From positions 930,001 through 994,000 of the forward strand of contig JAQGDQ010000010.1 of assembly GCA_030141605.1 (NCBI GenBank): a stretch of DNA of 64,000 nucleotides. The letters are read 5' to 3'. The first letter of the stretch is position 1. Each line of letters begins with the position of its first letter. Positions 1 through 12,900 of the stretch are shown in pieces. Source of the DNA: Tubiluchus corallicola. Its lineage: Eukaryota; Animalia; Priapulida. A program made the position numbers and the translations under genes. The notes under the pieces are model-generated. The model was not told the origin of the DNA, did not search any database, and saw only the letters and a program-made list of their open reading frames with translations.

Positions 1-650
1 TTTTGTTATCATTGTGCTTGTAAGTTTATTATATTATAAATGCATTTGAGTTTTCTTCGAAATCTACCTTTTTATATTACTTTACAGCTATCATTCCATT
101 TGTAAGTGTATGCATTATAAATGCATTTGAGCTGAAATTGTTTTCTTGAATGCCATCAACAAGGTGACATCTCGAAATCTAAAGACAATGCCTTATAAGA
201 AGATCCGGCCTAAATCGATAGAGTCAATAAAATGATAATATCATGGTAATGGGTGATGATGATAATGATTCTACAATGATGAACGAAAGTGCCAGTATGA
301 CGAAAATGATGTTGATGATGATGAAGACGATGACGACGACGAGGACGATAATGAAAACAATGATATCAGTGATGTCGATGCTGGTGGTGATCTAATTTAC
401 GTAACTGAAGCTGGTGGATGACAATGAATTGATCATTATGAGAGCGGATTAATTCCTATAGTAGCCGATAAAAGCAAGAAAAATTTAAATTATTGCAATA
501 TTTTATTGATAAAATTAAGAAATAATAAAAATGATTAGAAAATGGCCTTTATAACGTCACAATTGCTCTACACGTGTAGGACGCTGGTTACCGCCTTATA
601 ATCGATTAATCACCATGTCATCTTCATTGAATTACTGAATTAAAGCAGAC

Positions 651-1484
651 TTAATATGGTTGAGAATAGGAAACCTTTGGAGCTGGTGCATGGTACCCTT
701 TACTACGTGGTTTCCCATAGTGCAGCTTCGGCGCAGGAACCTTAACTGCTTCATAGCTAAATTCTGGATATTTTTGGAACTTGTAACTTCCGCCTGCTTT
801 TCCGTATCCTTCACCATGGGCGCCTTGAGAGAATTGGTGTTCACCCTTCTGGGTAGCATGTCTATTCGCTCCAAAATCTATTCCTGCGTCTCCCTGCCCC
901 TTGCCTTCCCTGTCCTCTTGAGAACTATGGTGCGTGCGAGCCACTCCCAAACGGTACTTTTGTCCTACCACACCCGGGCGAATGCGGGGCCGCGATCCTT
1001 TAGGCGCAGCTCTGTCAGCATCAGCGCGTGCGTAATTGAAACCAAATCCCTCCACATCAACATATTCAGCGCCCATGTTTTTCATTCTTTTGAAGCCAAA
1101 GCTTTCCCCGTTTATGTTTTCGCCAAAATTGTTAATAAAGCTTTGATCAACGTTTCTGCTATATGATGACCTGCCATATGATTTGGGTGGGTAGCTTGAT
1201 TCGTATTTGAGCTCGTAACTAGGCTCGTAGCTTGGTTGATATTTTGGCTCATAACTTGGCTCATATTTGGGCTCGTATGTTGGTTCGTATTCATAATTCT
1301 GGCTGTAGCTTGGCTGGTATCCATAGTCTAATTCATAGCTGTCGTCACTGTAGGTAGATGGGTATGAGCCATACGCTGGCTTGTACGATGGCTCGTATAC
1401 CTTATAGGACGGCTGATCGTACTGACCAAAAGTCACAGCTACGCAGATACAGAAATATGCTGCACAGATCAACAGCAATCTCAT
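651..1484 (-). CDS. Secreted Tyr/Pro/Gly-rich structural protein (277 aa), signal peptide plus xPxY tetrapeptide repeats
   Basis: ATG at 1484 just downstream of a polypyrimidine/CAG acceptor (1492-1494). N-terminus MRLLLICAAYFCICVAVTFG is signal-peptide-like. Repeats YEPTYEPKYEPSYEPKYQPSYEPSY. TAA at 651-653 and minus-strand AATAAA at 502-507. Confidence 0.88.
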   Translation of the reverse strand: MRLLLICAAYFCICVAVTFGQYDQPSYKVYEPSYKPAYGSYPSTYSDDSYELDYGYQPSYSQNYEYEPTYEPKYEPSYEPKYQPSYEPSYELKYESSYPPKSYGRSSYSRNVDQSFINNFGENINGESFGFKRMKNMGAEYVDVEGFGFNYARADADRAAPKGSRPRIRPGVVGQKYRLGVARTHHSSQEDREGKGQGDAGIDFGANRHATQKGEHQFSQGAHGEGYGKAGGSYKFQKYPEFSYEAVKVPAPKLHYGKPRSKGYHAPAPKVSYSQPY

Positions 1485-2963
1485 TGTTAATCTGAAAAAA
1501 GAAAGTTTAAATTGTACTAACATTTGAACATAAACTTGCAGCAAAACAAGTTTATGCGTTCTGGTTCATTTATTTACTGATTCATGATTTAGCTTGTTAC
1601 TTAGCAGATTCAAATACGTACAAAGTAACGACCAACAGTAAAAGACCTACACGGTAAAAATAACTGCGACAAATGACGTTTTTGGAAAGCTCCGAGGTAG
1701 TCCTTTTTAATTATAGGGGTACTGGTAAACACTTACTGTATCAATACACAATTATACAAATGTAAATATATGATCGATAAATTTTACAGTACTGCCAGTC
1801 TGCCACGCATAAGTTTCAATAAGTAAAAACCGAGCTAGAAGATACAGTTCTGTTAAAACTACTAAGAACCCATTTCATATTTTTATGAAACAGCAGCGTT
1901 AAATGTTCCAGCATATATTTTCTAAGTATCGCAGAAGAAGTAGTCGCAGCATTGACAAAAAGCCAGATTCGGTTAGACTGATCAAGCGATTTTGCAATCT
2001 TTTAAGTGGGTTAAGATAATGAGCGGGCAGAGGCAACAGCTATCTGGCTGCAGCACTGCATTCACGGTGCATTCTGAAAATAAGATGACAGGATCATATC
2101 AGAAGAAAGTTGTTACGTTATGAATGACGAGACAGTTAGGAAAGAGAAAATGGAAAATTATTGGTAACATTTTGGAAGAAGGAAGACAATGACTGTGCTA
2201 TTGCAATGATATGGGCTCTAAACGCGGTGGGGTGGCGAAAACCACCTGGAGACGGAACCGTCGAAAAAAAGACAGTCAGGAACATTGAAACATAAAAAGT
2301 AGAAGATAGCAATCAGAACAAAGTTACACAGAGGCGACAGACTAGTCGTCGCTATCCGTCCTAGTTTCTAAACTGTCAATATCAGAGGTTATAAAACGAC
2401 TTGCCGTGACTAGAAAAGGCATAATAAAGGTTGCCCAGGGTCTTATAAACGTAGGTCTTTCGCCCCCGTATAAATGAATTTTAGTCAGCACCGCCACTAG
2501 TTTTTTTTCATGACATCATTAGGCAAACTGTGACCAAGGATAAAGAGATTCACCTACCTATAAGATAGTCTAACTCGCTGTATGCGATACAAATGTAGAA
2601 TGACTACAAACTTCAGACTTGTACATACTTTTAAAACATTTCTAAACAATCACCTCAAGTGAGCGGCACGCAATAATTTTCTGTTTCGCCAGAATTTTGC
2701 ATTTCTTTTTTGCATAAAGAAATAGGTAGGCCCAATTTGCTGAATTTCTGATTTCGATGTCATTTATTGTTATACAACAAAACTTTTATGAATCAAGTGC
2801 GCATGGGGGCTTGCAATGTTTAAGAACGTGAAAAAAAATCAAGTATTTTACCGCTTGCAAAATTAAAAAGTACGTGTTTATTTCGTGACTATTGACCATA
2901 TACAAAATGTTAGTTTCATTGGACAAACAAACTGGTAAGCATTATATATATATAATGTTAGTA

Positions 2964-2970
<7 letters not shown>

Positions 2971-2999
<29 letters not shown>
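2971..2999. repeat. (AT)n microsatellite
   Basis: Direct observation. Confidence 0.9.
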
Positions 3000-3007
<8 letters not shown>

Positions 3008-3024
3008 CGATCCAAATTTCTTAC

Positions 3025-3085
3025 CTTTTCAACACCTGCTTGATTAAGTAACCAGAGTCCTTCACGAGTGGAGCAATTATGATCT
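3025..3085 (-). other. Non-coding first exon (5' UTR) of the Tyr-rich gene; intron 1492-3024
   Basis: Minus-strand donor GAAAAG|GTAAG at 3025/3024; lies just downstream of a TATA box and Inr-like TCAGATC. Confidence 0.65.
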
Positions 3086-3104
3086 GATTCACCATCTCAG
3101 TTTG

Positions 3105-3112
3105 TATTTATA
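3105..3112 (-). promoter_or_regulatory. TATA box (TATAAATA) of the Tyr-rich gene
   Basis: Consensus TATA about 27-30 nt upstream of an Inr-like site and a canonical donor. Confidence 0.65.
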
Positions 3113-4974
3113 GAGCGCCTACATTATTATAACCGGTATGCTAACACGCACAGCACATTGTTAATTGTGAAAAGACAATTATTAAAAAACTTAAAACGTT
3201 TAATTCAACGATGCTAGTTCGAAGAGAAATCCTGGAATGTTATTGGTATAATTAGCCTCTCTGAAACTTGAATTCTGCAACAAAGTCTTCCGTTTTTTGT
3301 TAAAAATTGTTTTTTAGTCGATTGTCAATTATATATGCCTTCAGCTTGGTAGAAAACTGTTACTGAAATAATTATTCTGTAGTTTATATTTCAACTCAAG
3401 AACGGAGTTCGCAAAGTTTAATTGACAAATTTTTTAGGTGCTCAATTACGTGAAATGATGCTTGAATAGTAGCTGATTACAAACCACTTGGAAATATAAA
3501 GCTATATTCTAAAATACGGACTTAAAATAGGCGTTGCAAGCTTCATTCATGTGGACCTATACAGCAAGAATATTACTAAATAATAGCTTCAGCTTTAAAC
3601 GCCTCAACTTGAATCCGCCATCAAAAACACCGCTCATTAAGTCTAATTATTATTATAACAAATACCATTGGGTATTAATTTTAACAAAGAAGTTTCATGC
3701 GGTTTAATGAGCTCTACTGGCAGATTTTCAGTGACTCGAAAAACAATAATGAATACGGAGCAATGCGCATAACTACAAGGGCTTAAGCAAGAACGGGGTT
3801 AAACACAAGAAGAGATAAAAAAAAGTTGTTTTATTATAGGTTAACGTAAGTTTTTTGTTTGATGGGTTACATAAACAACATTTTGAACGTCGGCTCGTCG
3901 ACGTATGTGCAAGGCGCATATACTTTTTCGCTAACACAGATATTTTCCCCCGTATAAATTAAAACTTTTTTGAAATTTTTATACGTAATATAACAGTGTA
4001 AAAGTATACAGTATAAACGGGCAAGCGTGTAAATGTTAATAAATAAACAGCAGAGAGAAAATTGCCAGAAAAGTCTTTATGCAATAGCCTGCTCATGTTA
4101 TTTTACTGCTTATCATTGCGCGTCAGTAATGGCTAATTTACCCGCAATTAATTTACTACTATAGAACAAATAAAATCTTTTTGCCTTGGCCCGTAACTTA
4201 GTTCTCTCTTCCAAACATTGTCGTTGCCACCATGGCTACTGCTGATGTTGTTCATAGCTGTGATAGTGGTGACGTCTAACGTCCGAAACAGTATAAAAAA
4301 TAAAATTGTTCGCTGTCCAGACTAACGCGAATAATGGCCATTTGGGTAGATACTTAATTTCTCAATAATCTGACTGTTAACCCGAGATTACCAAAACTTT
4401 GTGTAAATGTAAAAATAATGAATAGGTAGATAAGCAAGCCAAAATCATTATTGCATACTAATCTTACGTATACGAATGTACATAAGATATGTATACTGAA
4501 GGCGTGTATCAGTCAATTGTACATAACCTATGTGTACGACTGCGCATTTTAGAAAAGAAGTGAAGTAGAATTGCAGAACCAAATAGCACAGATAAAATTA
4601 GACACTATAATGATTAAGGAATCAACCGCCAGGTGGCTCCACGGTTCAGTGTAATGCCTAGCACAATTTACTCTGAATAATTACATAACGCAGCTGCATT
4701 AATCATTATCCACTACCCAAAATACTTTGTTGTAGAAAAGAAAAAGAAAATTGTACATAGGCTATTTACAGCCAAATGTAAATGAGGAATAGCTCTAAGC
4801 AGCGACATAACTTAATTCACGTAAGCTAGGAGAAAAGAGGTTAAAGAAATAAATTGCCTGGTAATGCAAAAAAGAATTAAACAATACAAAAGTTTTGAAC
4901 ATTGCAGTGATTACAATAGGGTGAATTTTTATGTTTACAAGAACAGCTTTTTCATATCCACAGGGTATAACCTA

Positions 4975-5375
4975 CATGGCCTATTTCAGCCTAAGCGAGG
5001 CCCGGGGGAGTGGGGCGTGTCAGGCCCAATGGGGGGGGCGAAGCGCCTGGGGGGCGGGCGCTACCATGGTTGGCGCCCAGAACATTTTTGAACTGCTAGA
5101 ACGCCGGAGAAGCATTTTCGAAGAGAAAATATGGAGTTATACAGTTGTTAAAGGAAAGAACAATTGAAAGGAAAACTGCTTTATTCTCAAGACCAGTCTT
5201 TAATACTTGTCAATAGTCGCAAACGGCGCGTGTGCGGCAAGAGAGAGAGACGAGAGAGGGAGAGAGGAGGCAGTATGTACACATAAATGAAATAAATGTT
5301 ACCTTGGCGCGAGGCCCCCCTGCAGGGCGAGGCCCCGGGGAAGTATCTCCACTCCCCCCCCTGAAATAGGCCCTG
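4975..5375. mobile_element. hAT-type MITE
   Basis: 15-bp TIRs CATGGCCTATTTCAG / CTGAAATAGGCCCTG (1 mismatch); perfect 8-bp TSD ATAACCTA (4967-4974, 5376-5383); GC-rich interior with GCGAGGCCC repeats. Confidence 0.9.
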
Positions 5376-7213
5376 ATAACCTAATCATTTGCTGTGAGGG
5401 AAGGGAATTGGAACAATGAAACAATAGTATAGAAAGACAGAGAATGGACATGCAAAACCTTGACATGGCATTTAATTACCAGGCTACCGACTAAAAATGA
5501 ACAAGAGCAAAAAGGAACAATAGTAAAACTGAATTCATGATATTATTTCCTACTAACCATACTAACCACTCCATCAGCAACATTAAAATTTTGTTATAAA
5601 ACTTTAGTACAAGTTCAATTTGTAAAGTTTCTAGAAATCAAAGTAAATAACTCATCATCATGTGAACAATTTGAGAACATAACACGACAGCCTACACAAA
5701 AAAGAACAGCAGTTAGCACTTCATAGCTAAGGCAAATAAGAGGCCGACTACCAAATATATAATAGTATTAGTTTACAAAATACTAGTTTTACTACATTTT
5801 CTATACGCTTTTGCACTTCTCCAAAAAAAAAACAAATGAAAAAATTATATAAAATAAATATGTTACGAAACTATGCGCTAAGACTAATATTAGGTCTCTT
5901 ACACAAAGAATCTATATAAACCAAACTTAAGAAGGTATATTCAGTAACTGCATAACTTCAACCTACATTTGTTCGCTTTCAAATTGTAAACAATTGTAAA
6001 TTGCAAACAAATTGTAAACAAAATATCACGAGATGAATTAAACGCCAAAACATTTAATTTGAAAAAACAGAACGTACAATCACTTTAGAAACAAATCTGT
6101 AGTAAAAATGCCGTCCAGCTCTGTAACTCACTGCCACTTGAAATCAAACGTATTAAATGCATTAACCACGTTCAAATTAAAGGCACTAATGATGCCTAGA
6201 TTTGAATACCCAATTCATCAAAAGGACAACTTACACAGTAATGTAGCTATCATTTATCTCATTCCTTTTAAAGACTTTTGTCGTTTTCTCATTTTTGATC
6301 ACAGCAACTTTGGATTTGATTTCTAACGGCCAATAAAACACTATGATAGAATCTGTGCACTGCAATAAATTCCAAATTAAATTCTAACGTGTTAGATGTT
6401 CTCTTTTGCAGTTCTATGTTAAATACTGGCAAAATTATGGCGATTTAAAGTATTTTGTCATTTTCGATGGCGGCCATTTTGAATTGGACCTCTAACGGCA
6501 TCAAAGGTCAAAACTGATTTCCCTCCTCCTCTAAAATGAAACAATACGACATCTCCTACCAAAGCTAGAAATTTCACACTTTTCTCAAAAACTGCACAAT
6601 TTTCGTGCTTATCTGCAGTACTACCAGGAGATATTGTAATTATTTAACCTGCTAATTGTCAGTTTGTAAATATGTAAAATATGTAAAGTTTTACGTTTAA
6701 AGCTATGTTTTATTATACGTACCTACAATTTAGTTTTTGCACTTTTGCACGTGCGTTCAACAAGTGTATGTTTTTTAAACTTTCATTGATTGGTTATCTT
6801 AAAATTTTGTGATGATACTCAATAGTCTAATGGCAAATGAAGATGTTACTAAAATTACTAAACTAGAGAACAATTTATTGCGCAATCAATTGAAAATCTA
6901 TCATACCCTCAATAACTAGTTGTAGAAGCCTTGTGCGTCTCGCAGATCGAACTGGATGGTTTGAAAATTCACCATACATTAACCTTGCTAAACAAATTAA
7001 AGTTACCTTGTGAAACACATATGCTACGACAGCATGTGTTGCAGGATCCAGAGTTCAGTCCTGATCTCTTTAAGTCAAATTCGGTCTTACTCCAATCATA
7101 TCTTTCAAAACTTTAGGCTGAGCGAAATGCGTGAGGCGTGCAAACAAAATATTGAAGACATTAAGTTCTGTACTACAGTACTCGTTGTTGTTGTATCTCC
7201 TCATCATTTGTTC

Positions 7214-8540
7214 TTAATATGAGAGTTTACAGCGGTAGTACTTAGGGTCCATATATTCCTTAATCTGCCAATGTAGTTTTCCTAAATATTTACATTTCTT
7301 CCGCTCTTCATTTCCTTTGTGTTTAACACGAAACTCCGCAGTTTTTCTTTCATTAACTTTTAAGCTCATTTCTTTGTACTTTGCTGTAACTGTTCTTCTA
7401 ATGACGTCTGTATCGTCTTTTGCTTTTGTCAAGAAAAAAATATGACTGGCGTGTCGCATATCAATGACATCAGATGGTTCCTTCCGTATAATATAATAGT
7501 AGTTATGCTCTTTTACACGTGGCATAATAAAATTATCCCATTTAAATCTATGTAAGTGTGATCTTGCAAATGATTATTGGTTCCTTATAAGATTGTTCCA
7601 AGAAACAGCCAGATAAAAGTAAATAAAATAATTATTTAATAAGACTGAGGTAGTCCCTTTGAGACCGGCCATGCATATGTTGGTCGGAAAGGATCTGTTT
7701 TCCTTCGCAATAGACTTCTACCTCAATATTAAATTTTTACAGTAAAATGCTAACAAACAATGTCATTATCTACCAGATTGTTTCTAAAGAATTTAACAAT
7801 GTATGTCTTTTAACAGTATGAACATTTGATGCTTTTGACATGTCCAATAAAACAGTTTAACCGTAATCTCCAAACGTAGCCTTTTCAGCTAAAATCATGT
7901 AATTTTGACCTAATCCAGTGGTATTTCTTCCAATTGCCACGCAGGTCGGATTGTACTGATCCCCATATGTAGACAGTCAAAAATCATTATATAATTGATT
8001 GATATAGAAATAGAGTTAGACATATATAGCCATCTATATTGGTCATATATACAGCACATGAGATACTTGAAATTTGGAGTTTCAGTTTTGCACAGATTAG
8101 TAAAAAGAATTTGCGCAACAAATTCGCAACTGTTAAAATCAATTCATTCAACTGCACATATAAATCTAAATGGTAAAATTGAAATAAAGCTTAAAACAAC
8201 AGAAAAAGGAAAAGTGAAAAATGTTTAGAACTTTTTTATTAAACGCTATTGATCCAATATATATGGCCAAAAGTTTCCTTATGATGATTTTCGACAGGTT
8301 CTCACTTTTTACCTAACTTTGATAACAGAACAGAATGGATTTTTGTAAATCTTAAAAAATTGTGTTGTACCATCTGACTATTCGGCGTGCTCTGTCAGGT
8401 GAATATTATACCATCCTTGCTTGCAGAATTGTGAAAAACTTTTTCTTGGGTTTAAACTGTGTAATGCTCTAACTGCTTTCAAATGGCGTGACGAATCATT
8501 TTCTAACTTTTCTATTTCTTCTTGTAGTGCATTTACTTTG
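7214..8540 (-). mobile_element. Degraded non-LTR retrotransposon (LINE) ORF2/reverse transcriptase relic
   Basis: Minus-strand fragments in RT order: EIEKLENDSSRHLKAVRAL (about 8500), VLLDMSKA (about 7840), QRDYLS resembling QGDxLS (about 7655), LKVNERKT...KKCKYLG (about 7280-7365); frameshifts and stops throughout. Confidence 0.75.
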
Positions 8541-8619
8541 ATTTCTATGTCGTTTTTATCCGTTAATTAATTTGCCACGTTGTTTTTATCCTCGGACCTC
8601 TTGACCAGCAGCATATTGT

Positions 8620-8680
8620 CAATAAAATACCTTAAGTGCAAAACGCTTTTCTCGCCGTTTCGGCAAGACGAAACCCGAAG
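8620..8680 (+). other. Possible non-coding first exon/promoter of the zinc-finger gene
   Basis: Local CpG enrichment and donor-like GAAG|GTGCGA at 8680/8681; acceptor TTTTGTAG at 9949 precedes the start codon. Confidence 0.35.
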
Positions 8681-9959
8681 GTGCGAGGACGCCATGATTA
8701 TTTATACTTAGTAATGGTTTTACTATTACGTGTTTAGTTGCTCATTTAGTAAAGCCAGTATAAATTAAAATAACTAATGCGAATATTTAAACACAAACTG
8801 ACGCACAGAAATTGATTCTATAAGCCCCGTGGCATGGACTACTTTTTTTGATGTCATTTTTATGTTATTCCTAGTTCGTGTGTTTTTAAGAGAGGTAGTA
8901 CTAGTAACTAGGCCTGGCTGAACCCTAATTAATTAGACTAGTGAATTTTATTAGTGTTATTTTACCCTACCAGCTTACTGTGCTCAGTGTCAGAATTGCC
9001 AGCCGGTTGTATTTCTCTTGCTATTGTCGTTATTTAACATTATAATGAATTATGATAGTAATAATATCATAATATTAATATAATTATGATGTTGGCAAGG
9101 AAAAACTTGTCAGCTATCCTGTACACATTTTAATGTTCAACTTAAGCAAGGTATTTCTGGTATTTTAAGCTGCTTAATTAAATGAATTATTAACAGATTA
9201 CCAGGTACCATCATTCTTCAGTTCCAAAATTAAGTAGTGTCACATGTTAGTTTGTTTCAAATTTTACCAGTACAAGGCTTTGGAACTTTTTAGTTAAGAA
9301 GCTAAGTGTTTCGACTGAAAAGTGATTAGCAATGAACTGAGATATTAAATTTTGAATTTTGTTACAGTGTATGGATAAATTTTGCAAGCCTAAGATTAAA
9401 CATTAAGGGAAAAGTGTTTTATCATGCATTATCTTTAATTCAGACATAAACTCAGCTTAGCTGATTGAAGACATAGCAGCAGTTTGATTGAAATTCATTT
9501 TCTAGTAAGGCAAATTTATGTAATTTTGATAAAGTGATACTTATCTGCTTCAGAAAAGATGATTTGAATTTTGGTGCTAAAAATACTGAAGAAAGTAACT
9601 TGGAAGACAAATTTGCATGCTTTCCAGAGAGAAAAGTAGTGGTCAGTAGTTTTGCAGTACTCTAATGAAATTTTAATTTTGTTGATGAACGTTTCCTTAA
9701 GCTGTCTGTCTCTGTTTTCTGGGGATTTTTTTGGATTATTGGAGGATTTTTATTTTTCTTCCGTAATTCTACTGTCTGTAACGATTGATGAGTAAAGTTC
9801 TTTGGGTTGAATATTGGATATTTATATAAAATGGCTTAGTTTTTAGTCGCTTACAATAGTTTTTATTCTTCCCACCTAGTTGGTAGCTGACTATAGTCTT
9901 TATCTGACCTAGAATTACAAATGTATTTTAAAAATGTTCTCTTTTGTAGTTTGTGCACA

Positions 9960-12900
9960 ATGTCTGATTCAGAAGCAGATCAAGGTGCTGCTAATCTAAA
10001 TACGTCTATTTAAAACTCTAAATAGACTAAACTAAATAAAACTCTGGTGACAAAAGTCCTTTAGTAGCTGAGGCAGCATCTCTGTCACCAGAGATGGCTG
10101 AAGAGAGTAACGAGCAGGGTGCGGGTGACAGGATCTCACCTAGTTCTCAAGTAGAATCAGATGAAGACTGCTTAAGTGAACTTGCTAAAAGTGAACATGA
10201 TAAACTAGGCGAGCAGCCAGGTTCTGAACAGTCATCGTCTAAGCCAAAAAATGAGGCAAACTCAGAGAAATTAAAATGTGATAATAGTATAGTGATACCT
10301 CAGATTGATATGAGTGACTCAAACTCCAGTTCATTGCTGCCTAAAATAAAACCAGAGGGAAAGCAATGTGAAGTGAGTATGGAAGAGGAAAATGAACATA
10401 CAAACCAGTCTGAATTGAACAGTAAAACAAATGAGGAGAAAAAGAAAACCGAAATTACCTGTGTTGGGCACACGACTAGTGATGTACTTAAACACACTAG
10501 GTAAGTTTTTAAGTTTCTTTTGGTTTGAGTAAATCCAGGAATGAAACCAGAGGAGATACCACTGGATTTTCTGGAACCATACGCAAATTGAGATCTAGTA
10601 AAGTTGTGCAGGTTAGAGCATTGATACTGTATATGAAATAATGAGAATTTTTAATTTGTGTAAAAAAATCTCGCCCATGTTCTTAATGAACTTAAAAAAA
10701 TGCTTGACGTAAATTCATTGAAGTGACTTTTTGTCCATGAATAATACTGAAATTTTTTAGCATGTACAGAAGAAAATCTCACATGCCTTGATCCAGTCTG
10801 AATCAAATCCAAAGTAGTACTGGCTGCTCCAACTCTTAGTTGAGTCTAAAAAAAGTAAATTTGGTATTTGCGTAGCAAAAGAATCATTGGAAATCTTTCA
10901 ATACCACATCATTTTTAAATTAGCTGCTGTGTGTATTTTAGCTGTGTTATTCTTGCAATTTTTTTGTAAATTGTAGATGTGAGATCATGGAAAGTATATC
11001 AGATGACTTTGATAACATCATCGAGGAAGAGATTATGCTGTCCAGAGAAAAAGGTGTTGATATCCCAACAAACATTAATCTTTTGGACGATGACTGTCTA
11101 ATGGAAATTGATGCTAGTGACAGTGATAGTGGATCTGATGTGGTACTTTCAGTCCACAGAAAGAAGTCTTTAAATGACAAATGCAAGGCTGTATCAACAC
11201 TTTCTGCAGCTCATTCAAAAGTTCTGGGTGACAATCGTAAAGCAGTTGTTAGGTTAAAAAGACTGTCAAATGAATACATTAAGTCAGTGACTGAAAAGCA
11301 AAGGCAACGAGCAGAAAAGAAGAAAGATGGACCTTCATTAGCAGAATTAAAGAGAATAAAAGAGCAAAAGAAGACAGAAAAGTTAGAGCAAAAAGAGAAA
11401 GAGAGGGAGAGGAAAAGGGAAGAAAAGAAAGAGGAAAAGGCCAGAAAAAAACAAGAAAAGCGGCAAAGTAAAGAGAAAGAAAGATTAGAGAGACTTCAAG
11501 AGGCAGAAAAAGAAAGAATGAGAGAAAAGTTACGTCAAGAAGAGCAAGTCAGAAAAAGAGAAGAAAGAGAAAAGTCTGCGGAGAAAAAACGGCAAGGGGA
11601 AAAGGAGGAAATGAGCCGAGAAAAACAGGAAAAGCCTGAGGAAAGTGAATCACAAGAGGAAATGGAAAAACGGTGTGAAGAAGATAAAAAATTGGTTGAA
11701 GAAAAGAAACGGTTAGAGGAAAAAGTGAAGCAACAAGTTGCAGAAAAACGGAAACTGGAACTAATGAGAGAGAAGGAGCTAGAAAAACAGGAGCAAAGGA
11801 GGTTAAAAGAAGAAAAAGAGAAAGAAGAGCAAAAGAAACGGGAAGAAGAATTACGTAAACAAAATGAAAAATTACAAGAAGAAATAGAAAAGCTACGCAG
11901 CAAAGCACAGTCTAATCAACAAGATATAGAAAGTAAGGCCAGTGAAGAGCAAGATACCAATGTTGAAAGCATAACGAAGTCTGCAGAGGGCAGTTCTCCA
12001 TCTGATGCAAATGAGTTTCAGCGAAAGGAAGTGGAGAAGCGAAAACTATCCTTTCGTAGAGATGAACCTAGAAAAGAAATGAAAAGAAAGGATATTAATG
12101 ATCACGAGAAGCCCACAAATATGAATCCATTAGAACTGTACTTGCCAAAGAAGGAGCAAGCTGCAGCCGGTAAAGTTGAAGCTGCCCCACGTCAAGTCAG
12201 ATGTGACTTGTGTGGTGCTTATTTTATGAGCGATGTAAGTAGACGTTTTGCTACCTGCTTTTGGGTGTATATATAATCAGATATAAGATGATCAGATATG
12301 TAGGGATGCACCGAATACTCAGATCCGAATTTTTTCCTCGAACGTCAGTATAAAAATCTGGTCCAGTTGTAATCATTAAATGTTTCGGTAAACTTTCGGT
12401 TTATCAAAGTTACTTTTTTAGTAAATGTCATATTCGGTGAAAATTATATTAAACAAACCAAATATTTCCCTATAGTGCTTATAAAGAATTATCCGAAAAA
12501 GCTGTTAGTAAACAATAGTCATAACAGTCGACTTTTTGCTTTCTGCTTCTATATTATAACTCGAATGAAGAATGCGATGCGCCATTGATACACAAGTCGT
12601 GTCAATGTGCAGCGGCATGACGGTGCTGTATTCACTTATACGTGACAAAATAAATGAATGTGATCTCAAGCTAGTAAACTTTTATACTATTATGGTTTTG
12701 CTTAAATACTGCTATTGTTGATTGTAGAAACTAGTTTGAGCAGCTTTTGAAAGAATTATGGCTTGTTTTAAAATATAGTTAAAAACATAGATTTAGTAAT
12801 CACAATAATTTTACGTAGCTCACCACTAACTTAAAACATTGCAGGGTTTATAATTCCTTGCATTTGCTATTGCAAGAAAATTCGGTTTGGTTTTGGTTTG

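Noticed and set aside
226-430. GAT/GAC-rich tract that looks like an Asp-rich coding region
   Set aside because: Degenerate trinucleotide repeat without a sustained ORF or splice support
660-1166. 168-aa plus-strand ORF
   Set aside because: Antisense shadow of the Tyr-rich gene; no independent signals
11535-11908. Minus-strand Ser/Phe/Leu-rich ORFs
   Set aside because: Reverse complement of the E/K/R-rich exon
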